Source: Promethearchaeota archaeon (GTDB lineage: Archaea; Asgardarchaeota; Lokiarchaeia; Sigyniarchaeales; SOKP01). Taken from it: a stretch of 64,000 nucleotides of DNA. Of the stretch, positions 32,684-40,816 are shown piece after piece (positions within the stretch are counted from its first letter, which is position 1; each line of letters begins with the position of its first letter). Position numbers and translations under genes: made by a program. The notes beneath the pieces were generated by a model that saw only the letters and a program-made list of their open reading frames with translations, had not been told where the DNA came from and made no database searches. The DNA lies in NCBI GenBank assembly GCA_048937405.1, contig JBHLNF010000005.1, positions 32,001 to 96,000 of the forward strand. Reading direction: 5' to 3'.

Positions 32684-34336
32684 ATGACAGAAAAAAAAAT
32701 GTCAGATGAAAGGCTTTATTATAAGCATTGGCCTGATAATGTTCCTAAGAAAATAGAATATGATGGTAAGACTCTAGTGGATTATTTTGAAGACTCAGTG
32801 AAAGTATATGAAAATAATGCTTTAACATATTTCATGGGATTTGAATTAACTTATAAACAAGCACAAGATATTGTATATCGAATAGCTACCATACTTACAA
32901 ATATTGGCATAAAGAAAGGGGATACTGTGGCTATCCATTTTACGAATAATCCAGCATTTATTACAGCTTATTTTGGTGTGATAAAAATTGGAGCTATAGT
33001 AACTAGTATATCACCACTTTTTAAGAGTCTAGAAATAAAACGTCAATTGAACGATAGTGAAGCTAAAGTCTATATAGGATGGGAGGGATTTTCCCAGATA
33101 GTAGATTCTATTATTTTAGAAACTAATGTGAAACATAAGTTTTATAGCAATTTAGGCCCTTATCTTTCATTAGATCCTATGGCTCCTCCTCAATATCCAT
33201 CTAGTAGCGACCCTACATGGGAGGATATTATAAGAAACACTCAACCAGATCCACCTAAAATCCAAATCAATCCAGAGGATCTTGCTATGCTCCAATATAC
33301 AGGAGGAACAACGGGATTCCCTAAAGGAGCAATGATAACACATGGAAGTATAGCAAATTGTATTTCACAAGCAGAAGCATTGTTTGTAGAAAAAGAACTT
33401 GGAAAAGAAGTAATAGTTGCTGCATTACCTTTTTATCATATTTATATGGCTTTTATGATGAATATTGCTGTTCATTTGGGAGGAAAACTTGCTTGTGTTT
33501 TTAATCCAAGAGAAGCACATGAAATTATTGAAGTTATTGAAGTAACAAGAGCTACTTTATTTCCGGGTGTTGCAGCGATTTATAATAATATTAATAATTA
33601 TGAGAATATTGAAAAGCATGATCTTTCGAGTATAAAATATTGTTTTAGTAGCGCTGGACCACTTCCTGATGAAATTCGGATTAGGTTTGAAGAATTGACA
33701 GGAGCAAAACTGAGGGAAGCGTATGGTTTAACTGAAATGTCTCCAGTTGTAACAGCAAATCCTTTTGAGGGATTGAATAAACCTGGTACTATAGGGATAC
33801 CAATTCCTAATACTGAAGTAAAAGTTATCGATCAAGATGAAAAAACATTACCTATAGGGGAAGTTGGAGAAATTATATGTAGAGGACCACAAATGATGAA
33901 AGGATATTTCAAACAAGAAGAAGAAACTGCCAATACTATTAAAAAACATGAAGATGGAAACTTTTGGTTACATACGGGAGACTTAGGTGTTATGGATGAG
34001 GATGGTTATATAACTATAAAGGATAGATTAAAAAATCTCATTAAATATAAGGGGCATTCAGTTTATCCAACAGAAGTAGAAAATTTATTATATAATAATG
34101 AAGTTATTGAAGAATGTGGGGTTATTGGGATTATTGATGATAAAGGGAATGAAAACATTAAAGCTTTTGTTGTCCTGAAAGAAGAATTTAAAGATAAAGT
34201 TACAGAACAAGAGATTATTGATTGGGCAAGAGAAAATATGGCATTTGATAAATATCCTAGATTTGTAGAATTCATCGATGAAATTCCAAAAACAATTGTA
34301 GGTAAAGTTTTACATAGAGAATTAAGGGATTTATGA
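32684..34336 (+). CDS. fadD: Long-chain fatty acid--CoA ligase
   Basis: LQYTGGTTGFPKG, EAYGLTE, RGPQMMKGY, WLHTGDLG, PKTIVGK; ATG at 32684 preferred over the ORF-track TTG at 32588. Confidence 0.9.
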   Translation: MTEKKMSDERLYYKHWPDNVPKKIEYDGKTLVDYFEDSVKVYENNALTYFMGFELTYKQAQDIVYRIATILTNIGIKKGDTVAIHFTNNPAFITAYFGVIKIGAIVTSISPLFKSLEIKRQLNDSEAKVYIGWEGFSQIVDSIILETNVKHKFYSNLGPYLSLDPMAPPQYPSSSDPTWEDIIRNTQPDPPKIQINPEDLAMLQYTGGTTGFPKGAMITHGSIANCISQAEALFVEKELGKEVIVAALPFYHIYMAFMMNIAVHLGGKLACVFNPREAHEIIEVIEVTRATLFPGVAAIYNNINNYENIEKHDLSSIKYCFSSAGPLPDEIRIRFEELTGAKLREAYGLTEMSPVVTANPFEGLNKPGTIGIPIPNTEVKVIDQDEKTLPIGEVGEIICRGPQMMKGYFKQEEETANTIKKHEDGNFWLHTGDLGVMDEDGYITIKDRLKNLIKYKGHSVYPTEVENLLYNNEVIEECGVIGIIDDKGNENIKAFVVLKEEFKDKVTEQEIIDWARENMAFDKYPRFVEFIDEIPKTIVGKVLHRELRDL

Positions 34337-34366
34337 AAGGAATAAAAGAATAATAAAAAAAGGTAT

Positions 34367-34822
34367 TTAGTAATATTCTGTCTCAACTATAGTAGTTGAG
34401 TTTACGAGCTCTTGAGCGGCTTTTGTTGCTCTCATGACTTTTGCCATATTTCCTATTAATTTAAACTTACCTGCCATAAGCCCTTGGATTGGATCAATCT
34501 CCTTATTCAACATTTTAATCCAATTATCATAAGGTCCTGAGAATTCAAACTCTGCTCCAACTTTTCCTTCTCCTAATGGTCTTGGCGGAGAATTAGGAGG
34601 TAAAATGTCATATTGTTCTCCTTCTGCTAATGCTTTTACACCAGTACAATCTCCTTTATAAAGACCAACAAACATTTTCAATTCTTTATCTAGATTACCA
34701 CTAGGTTTAATGACAAAGATAAAATCTCCTTCCCACCAACTTGCAGCTTCTTTATAATTTTGATTGTTATTTAAAGCTTTCATATAAGCATCAAGCCATT
34801 CTTGTGTCCCAACTTTTGGCAT
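34367..34822 (-). CDS. SCP2 sterol/lipid-binding domain protein
   Basis: WLDAYMKALN..YKEAA..WEGDF, GPYDNW, DPIQGLMAGKFKLIGNMAKVMR; ATG at 34822. Confidence 0.88.
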   Translation of the reverse strand: MPKVGTQEWLDAYMKALNNNQNYKEAASWWEGDFIFVIKPSGNLDKELKMFVGLYKGDCTGVKALAEGEQYDILPPNSPPRPLGEGKVGAEFEFSGPYDNWIKMLNKEIDPIQGLMAGKFKLIGNMAKVMRATKAAQELVNSTTIVETEYY

Positions 34823-34954
34823 ATTTATCACTTCTCAAATAATTTTATCTAAATTGGAATAGATTTATGATCAGTATAAAGAAGAATTCTAAATAAACAA
34901 TTTCATACAAGAAAATTCTATTAATATTAAAAATAAAGAGACGTAAAAATAATA

Positions 34955-36091
34955 TTATATGCCAATACCTATAGTATTTCCAATACCTGCTAAAATGATT
35001 CTAGTTCCCTTTTCAGTTCTCTTTCGAATTGAAATCTTTATTTTTTCAACAAATTGAGCTACAGATTTAGTAATGGGCCTTTTCATAGTAGTTATTGCAT
35101 CCTCTAAAGATTGTTTACAAATTAGGGCATCAATAGGGATTGCTTTTCCGGTTGAAGCTTCTTCAATAAGATACTTTTCAACTCCAATCCCTCCTATAGC
35201 AGCTCCGACACCAACTGCAATTGAACCTGTTTTATCTCCAGAGAGCTTTAAACCAGCATCGATCATTATAATCCTTGAAATATAATCTCCATGTTGTTCA
35301 ATTAATTGTTTAATTGCTTTTCCTGGTTTTCCGACAGTTCCACCTGGTCCTTTAGCTCGCACCACATACACAGTTCTATCTTCAAAATCAACTTCTTGGA
35401 CAATTGTTTCTCTTACAATTTCATCTGCTCTAATATCTTCTTCTGTTATGGATTTAAGAAAACTAGCTGCGACTAATGGCCCAAGTCCATCTCCAATTGG
35501 GCTACCTTCAGAGAAAGCTTTTGCAGCATGATAATATGCCTTAGCCATACTCATGATTAATCCTAATTGAAAGGAAATCTGCACTAATAATATCATTGAT
35601 TTCGACTTTTTCCCAAGAATTAGGTAGTGCCGAATCAACCTGTAGATGAAATCTATAGCCATTGTTGCTTCCAATAAATTTTCTAGATTAGCTCTTTGCA
35701 CAGAATCTGCATTTGGAGCTAGCATTTCAACTTCTTCTTTATATCTATTATCTCTCACATCTACAACATGATCAAATTTAGGAACGATTCCATAGGGATC
35801 AAGAGAGACAGGTGAGATAGTAACGAATGTTAGAAAATCTTCTATTTGTAACATCAAATCTTTCTGAGTTTTTTTTTTATCAGCAAATTCCTTGAAGTTA
35901 GTTATTAAAATTTCTTTACACTCATCATTCCATTTTTTTAATTTTTCTAAAGCAACCTGAATGTCTTTAGATGCTTTCCATGCTTGAATCTTTTGTCCAT
36001 AAAACATTGAAATAAAAATTAGAACAAGCCACAATAACGATATGATAAGAGATACTGGATCTGTTTGTGCCGGTTGATAAATGTTATTCAT
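34955..36091 (-). CDS. DUF1512-like membrane protein with a YyaC/GPR-like protease-fold C-domain
   Basis: N-terminal TM helix, PVSLDPYG, PIGDGLGPLVA, AKGPGGTVG, IIMIDAGLK, GVGAAIGG, GIGNTIGI. Confidence 0.75.
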   Translation of the reverse strand: MNNIYQPAQTDPVSLIISLLWLVLIFISMFYGQKIQAWKASKDIQVALEKLKKWNDECKEILITNFKEFADKKKTQKDLMLQIEDFLTFVTISPVSLDPYGIVPKFDHVVDVRDNRYKEEVEMLAPNADSVQRANLENLLEATMAIDFIYRLIRHYLILGKKSKSMILLVQISFQLGLIMSMAKAYYHAAKAFSEGSPIGDGLGPLVAASFLKSITEEDIRADEIVRETIVQEVDFEDRTVYVVRAKGPGGTVGKPGKAIKQLIEQHGDYISRIIMIDAGLKLSGDKTGSIAVGVGAAIGGIGVEKYLIEEASTGKAIPIDALICKQSLEDAITTMKRPITKSVAQFVEKIKISIRKRTEKGTRIILAGIGNTIGIGI

Positions 36092-36209
36092 CTCATTGTT
36101 AAATTATTTAGTATTTGAAAACTCTAATTTCTCTAGTTCTTATAATAAAAAAATTTATTTATTCTTTTCTATTATAAAGCATAGAAAAAAAGAAATTGCA
36201 ATATGTTCT

Positions 36210-36650
36210 ATGATTGAAGAAGAAGACGATGAGGATGTACTAAAAAAAAAAATTACATTAAAAAGTGTTTTAAAAAACATATTATTAATTCTATTAATGG
36301 TATTAGGCGGTATATTCATTTATCTTGATATTGGGCTTGATACCGTCTCAAGTTGGACAATTGGTATCATGCTAATGTGTCTTGGATTATCTTTAGTCCA
36401 AATTCAAAAAACCCCTCCTGAACCTATCAGACAGACTCTTTCAATACTAATCTGTAACTTATGTGGTCTTACAAAAGTAAGAAACTATGAGAAAGGAGAC
36501 TTTGTCTTTAAAAGATTAGATAAATGTGAAAAATGTAATGATTTAATGGAGATAAAAGATATATATTCTGTAAGGTTAAAGAGTCCTACTGAAAAAAATA
36601 AGGGACAAGAAAGTAATAGGGATTCTCAAAAAGAAAATATCAAAAAATAA
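36210..36650 (+). CDS. Small two-TM protein with a C-terminal zinc ribbon
   Basis: Two hydrophobic helices, then CNLCG..GDFVF..CEKC; ATG at 36210. Confidence 0.7.
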   Translation: MIEEEDDEDVLKKKITLKSVLKNILLILLMVLGGIFIYLDIGLDTVSSWTIGIMLMCLGLSLVQIQKTPPEPIRQTLSILICNLCGLTKVRNYEKGDFVFKRLDKCEKCNDLMEIKDIYSVRLKSPTEKNKGQESNRDSQKENIKK

Positions 36651-36687
36651 ATATCTAATCTTATTCAATTAATAGGAGGTTCTTCAG

Positions 36688-37131
36688 ATTCTCAAAAAAG
36701 TAGGATTAGGAGGAACTTTCGATCATCTTCATGAAGGTCATAAATATCTATTAAAAATAGCCCTCTCTATTTCTGAAAATATTGAAATTGGATTAACAAC
36801 TCAGGATTTACTAAAAAATAAGCAATATTCTTCAAAATTGGAAAATTATCAAACTAGAAAAAAAAAATTAAAAAACTACATTAGTTCTATTACCGATTTA
36901 AATCGAATTAATATTGTTGAGATATCAAATTGGGCGGATATGGATGAATGTGCTCAAGATCCAGAATATGAGGGCTTAGTAGTCAGTCAAGAAACATATG
37001 ATAATGCTTTAAAGTTAAATGAAAATAGAACGAAAAGTGGGCTAAATCCTCTTGTTCTAATTGTTATACCACTTCTAAAGGATGATAATAACAATAAAAT
37101 TAGTTCTACATCAATAAGAGCTAAACTATAG
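36688..37131 (+). CDS. coaD: Phosphopantetheine adenylyltransferase (archaeal/eukaryotic-type cytidylyltransferase fold); probable ATT start
   Basis: In-frame extension upstream of ORF 36838 reads ILKKVGLGGTFDHLHEGHKYLL. Downstream motifs VVSQET, NENR and KISSTSIR. SD AGGAGGT at 36674-36680. Confidence 0.88.
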   Translation: MLKKVGLGGTFDHLHEGHKYLLKIALSISENIEIGLTTQDLLKNKQYSSKLENYQTRKKKLKNYISSITDLNRINIVEISNWADMDECAQDPEYEGLVVSQETYDNALKLNENRTKSGLNPLVLIVIPLLKDDNNNKISSTSIRAKL

Positions 37132-37218
37132 AAAACTTATTTTTAAATTGAAATTAAGAAAAATTGATAAAAAAAACAAAAATTTTTACATAATTCTAGA
37201 TATTACTATAATCAAGAA

Positions 37219-37407
37219 CTTTATTCTAGTGATTTGATGATTATGGAATGGTATCCTGAAACTATATATATGAAAATAAGTTCCTTCCAAAAATCATACT
37301 ACTTTAGATTCTTTATTCTGCCAAGGGAATAATTTTTTCAAACTAAATTTAGTCCCTTGGCTGCGGATTTTTTGATTTTAAATTTAGTATAATCCACTTT
37401 TTTGCAG
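37219..37407. promoter_or_regulatory. Structured element of three hairpins (attenuator-like leader or ncRNA)
   Basis: H1 at 37227-37301 (TAGT/ACTA, ATGATT/AATCAT, TGGAA/TTCCA). H2 GCCAAGGGA 37320-37328 / TCCCTTGGC 37353-37361. H3 GGATT 37365-37369 / AATCC 37391-37395 followed by T6 at 37398-37403. Confidence 0.55.
37270..37332 (+). CDS. Putative Phe-rich leader peptide (MKISSFQKSYYFRFFILPRE) upstream of pheST-pheA
   Basis: ATG 37270 to TAA 37330-37332; 4 Phe and 2 Tyr, clustered as YYFRFF; in-frame ATGs also at 37237 and 37243. Confidence 0.4.
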   Translation: MKISSFQKSYYFRFFILPRE

Positions 37408-37466
37408 TAAAATTTAGAAAACATCCTTCTAATTCAAGAAAGAGTAATTTACAATAACTAAATCCA

Positions 37467-37481
37467 CGAAAGATTTAAATA
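37467..37481 (+). promoter_or_regulatory. Candidate archaeal promoter (BRE + TATA) for pheS
   Basis: CGAAAG-A-TTTAAATA about 55 nt upstream of the pheS ATG; the AT-rich background lowers specificity. Confidence 0.4.
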
Positions 37482-37535
37482 CGTTAGAGATTTTAAAAGA
37501 TATAAGAAAAACGTAATTTAATTTGGAATTAATTT

Positions 37536-39071
37536 ATGACGATTCGACTTAAAAGAGAAGTAATTGATATTTTAAGGGTATTAAAGAAAAAAAATTCAGA
37601 AATACTCGCAACAGAATTAGCAAAAGAACTTAAAATTGACTATATTGTACTTATGTCTGCGATCAATAGCTTGATTGAATACAATTTAGGAGGATTTAAA
37701 GAAAAAGATGTTCATCAAATCACTTTAAATAATGAAGGTAATAAATATTTAAAAGAAGGGCTTCCTGAACGTCAATTATTAAATATCTTATTAGAAAATA
37801 ATATTAAAGAAATTACTTTAGATGATTTCTTAAAAAAATCTAATTTGGATAAAAATATCTTCTATATTGGAATTTCAAATTTAAAAAAAAATCGTTGGAT
37901 ATCTCAAAGTAAAGCTTCAGGAAAGAATAAAATATTTCTTACAGCAGATAAGTTTCCTGAAACAGATATTGAAAAATTTCTTTTAAATTTTGAAAAAAAC
38001 TCTGTCATTGATTATTCTACAATCTCAAAAAATGAAATTAAGCAATTAGATTCATTAAATAAAAGGAAATTAATAAAAAAACATTATAAAACTAATAGAA
38101 TTATATATTTAACAGATAAAGGGAAAAAGATTGAACTTTCAAAAATTAAAGAATTAGCAGAAGTAAGTAAAATAACTTCTGAGATGCTAGTCTCTGGAAC
38201 TTGGAAAGATTATGATTTAAAATTATTTGATGTTACTAAACCTGGACCATTATTAAAAGCAGGAAAATTACATCCAATGATAAAATTAATTAATGAAATA
38301 AGAGAAATATTCATTTCTATGGGATTTACTGAGATAAGAGGTCCTATTATTGAAAGTGCATTTTACAATTTTGATGCTCTATTTCAACCACAAGATCATC
38401 CCGCTAGAGAAATGCAAGATACTTTTTATTTAAATAATCCAAAATTGGCAAAATTACCAAAAAAAGATAGAGTTCAAGCAGTTAAAGAAACACATGAAAA
38501 TGGAGGTGACTCAGGTTCTCATGGATGGGGTTATAAGTGGGATATAAGTACAGCTCAAAAAACAGTGTTAAGGACTCACACTACAGCAACAACAATAAGA
38601 AGATTAGCAGAATATTATAAAAATAATGAAAAACCCCCCATTAAAGTTTTTTGTATAGATAGAGTTTTTAGAAACGAAAAAGTAGATAGATCTCATTTAG
38701 CAGAATTTACTCAAGTTGAAGGAATAGTTATAGATGACAATGTAACCCTTTGTGATTTAATTGGAGTACTATCAGAATTTTACAGAAAATTAGGTTTTAA
38801 GAAAATTATAACTAGACCTGGATTTTTCCCTTATACTGAACCGAGTATGGAAATTTCTGTATATTATGAGAAAATGGGTGAATGGTTAGAAATGGGTGGT
38901 TCTGGTATTTTTCGACCAGAAGTCACATATCCTTGGGGAATAAAAAATCCAACACGTGTTTTGGCATGGGGACAAGGACTAGAAAGAATAGCAATGTTAT
39001 ACTTTAATCGTGATGATATGAGAGATTTATATATTAATCCAATTAAATGGTTAAGGAGTCAATCATACTAA
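37536..39071 (+). CDS. pheS: Phenylalanine--tRNA ligase alpha subunit (archaeal/eukaryotic type)
   Basis: N-terminal winged-helix region, GKLHP, NFDALFQPQDHPAREMQDTFY, LRTHTT, DRVFRNE, FFPYTEPS, WGQGLER. Confidence 0.97.
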   Translation: MTIRLKREVIDILRVLKKKNSEILATELAKELKIDYIVLMSAINSLIEYNLGGFKEKDVHQITLNNEGNKYLKEGLPERQLLNILLENNIKEITLDDFLKKSNLDKNIFYIGISNLKKNRWISQSKASGKNKIFLTADKFPETDIEKFLLNFEKNSVIDYSTISKNEIKQLDSLNKRKLIKKHYKTNRIIYLTDKGKKIELSKIKELAEVSKITSEMLVSGTWKDYDLKLFDVTKPGPLLKAGKLHPMIKLINEIREIFISMGFTEIRGPIIESAFYNFDALFQPQDHPAREMQDTFYLNNPKLAKLPKKDRVQAVKETHENGGDSGSHGWGYKWDISTAQKTVLRTHTTATTIRRLAEYYKNNEKPPIKVFCIDRVFRNEKVDRSHLAEFTQVEGIVIDDNVTLCDLIGVLSEFYRKLGFKKIITRPGFFPYTEPSMEISVYYEKMGEWLEMGGSGIFRPEVTYPWGIKNPTRVLAWGQGLERIAMLYFNRDDMRDLYINPIKWLRSQSY

Positions 39072-39089
39072 GAGAGAGGTTTAAAAGAA

Positions 39090-40766
39090 TTGCCAACAAT
39101 AGAATTAAAAATTGAAAGGCTAGAGAAATTAGTTGGAAAAAAATTAGAGATTAAGGATTTAGAATATGATTTACAGTGGATCGGTTTGGATTTAGAGGAT
39201 ATTGATGAAGAGGAACAAAAAATTAAAGTAGAATATAATCCAAATAGACCTGATTTTTCAAGTCCAGAAGGAATTGCTAGAGCACTTAAGGGTTACTATG
39301 AAATTGAAATTGGTTCGCCTACATTTGAAATTATTCCTGGAGAAATAGAATTAAATGTCGATCCAATAGTAAATCAAGTTCGACCATATATTGTATGTGG
39401 TGTTATAAGAGATATAGATTTGGATGAAGATGAAGTTGGGACATTGATGACTATACAAGAACATCTTCATTGGGCAGTTGGACGAGACAGAAAAAAGGTT
39501 GCAATAGGTGTCCATGATCTTGATAAAATTCTTCCTCCATTTCGATATACTGCGGTAAAACCAGATTCAGTAAGTTTTATTCCTCTCCATGGTGATGGAT
39601 ATCCAATGAATTTGGAGGAAATATTATTATTGCATGAAAAAGGAATAGAATATGCTCATATATTAGAAGGGAAAGAAGTATATCCCATAATTTTTGATAG
39701 TAATGATGAAGTTTTATCATTTCCTCCAGTGATAAATGGAATTTTAACAACCGTGACAGATGAAACAAAAAATCTATTTTTGGATCTAACCGGAACAGAT
39801 TTTAAAGCAATTAATTTAGCTTTAAATATTTTATCAACGACTCTAGCAGACATGGGTGCTAAAATTGAAAGTGTAAAAGTAAATTATGAGGATAAAGAAA
39901 ATATTATTACTCCTAATTTTACTCCTGAAAAATGGGAAGTTGGGATTAGTTATATAAATGATTATATTGGTTTAAATTTATCATCTAAGGAAATGATTAA
40001 ATGTTTTAATAAAGTTAGATTAGATGCGAAGCAGTCCAGCAAGAAGGATACCTTAAATATTTGGGTACCAACATACAGAGGAGATTTTATGCATGTTGTC
40101 GACTTTACAGAAGAGTGTGCGATTGGGTATGGTTATGAAAAATTACCAAGAACTATCAGTGAAGGATGTATCGGAGAGTATCATTATATTCAGTCATTTT
40201 CTAATAAAATAAGACATTTATTAATTGGAGCAGGATATCTAGAAGTTCTTAATTTTATATTATCTAATTCTGAAAAACATTATGACTATATGAATATAAA
40301 GTATGAAGAATCAAATCAGGTTGGGATTTTAAATCCCGTATCAAGAGAATACAATACTACAAGAACATTATTATTACCAAAATTAATGGAAACACTTCTA
40401 TATAATAGATCTGAAGAAAAGCCAATTAAGATTTTTGAAGTTGGAGACGTTATAATATTAGATTCTAAAGAAGAAACTGGTGCTAAAAGAGAAGTTCATC
40501 TTTCAGCTGTTTCTTATCATGAAAATGCTAACTTTACTGAAATAAGATCTTTATCAGATTTCCTTATGATTTCTCTTGGGTGTTATAGTGATTATCAAAT
40601 TAAACCTGAGGAAAGTTCCACATACATTAAAGGTCGATGTGGCGGAATCTATGTTAAGAATAAAAAAGTTGGAGAAATTGGTGAAATTAATCCTGAAGTC
40701 TTATTAAATTTCAAATTAGAATTCCCGGTTGCAGCCATTGAGTTAAATCTACAGGCTTTTATGTAA
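39090..40766 (+). CDS. pheT: Phenylalanine--tRNA ligase beta subunit
   Basis: MPTI, NRPDF, QEHLH..GRDRKKVAIGVHD, SFPPVIN, PTYRGD, IFEVGDV, GEINP. Confidence 0.96.
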   Translation: MPTIELKIERLEKLVGKKLEIKDLEYDLQWIGLDLEDIDEEEQKIKVEYNPNRPDFSSPEGIARALKGYYEIEIGSPTFEIIPGEIELNVDPIVNQVRPYIVCGVIRDIDLDEDEVGTLMTIQEHLHWAVGRDRKKVAIGVHDLDKILPPFRYTAVKPDSVSFIPLHGDGYPMNLEEILLLHEKGIEYAHILEGKEVYPIIFDSNDEVLSFPPVINGILTTVTDETKNLFLDLTGTDFKAINLALNILSTTLADMGAKIESVKVNYEDKENIITPNFTPEKWEVGISYINDYIGLNLSSKEMIKCFNKVRLDAKQSSKKDTLNIWVPTYRGDFMHVVDFTEECAIGYGYEKLPRTISEGCIGEYHYIQSFSNKIRHLLIGAGYLEVLNFILSNSEKHYDYMNIKYEESNQVGILNPVSREYNTTRTLLLPKLMETLLYNRSEEKPIKIFEVGDVIILDSKEETGAKREVHLSAVSYHENANFTEIRSLSDFLMISLGCYSDYQIKPEESSTYIKGRCGGIYVKNKKVGEIGEINPEVLLNFKLEFPVAAIELNLQAFM

Positions 40767-40816
40767 TTTAATGAATTAATATCAATAAAGTAATAATTTT
40801 ATAGATTTGATCTTAA

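Noticed and set aside
37234-37260. Box C/D-like motifs (TGATGA at 37235-37240, CTGA at 37256-37259)
   Set aside because: No second C'/D pair or terminal D box at a suitable distance; the sequence is better explained as part of hairpin H1
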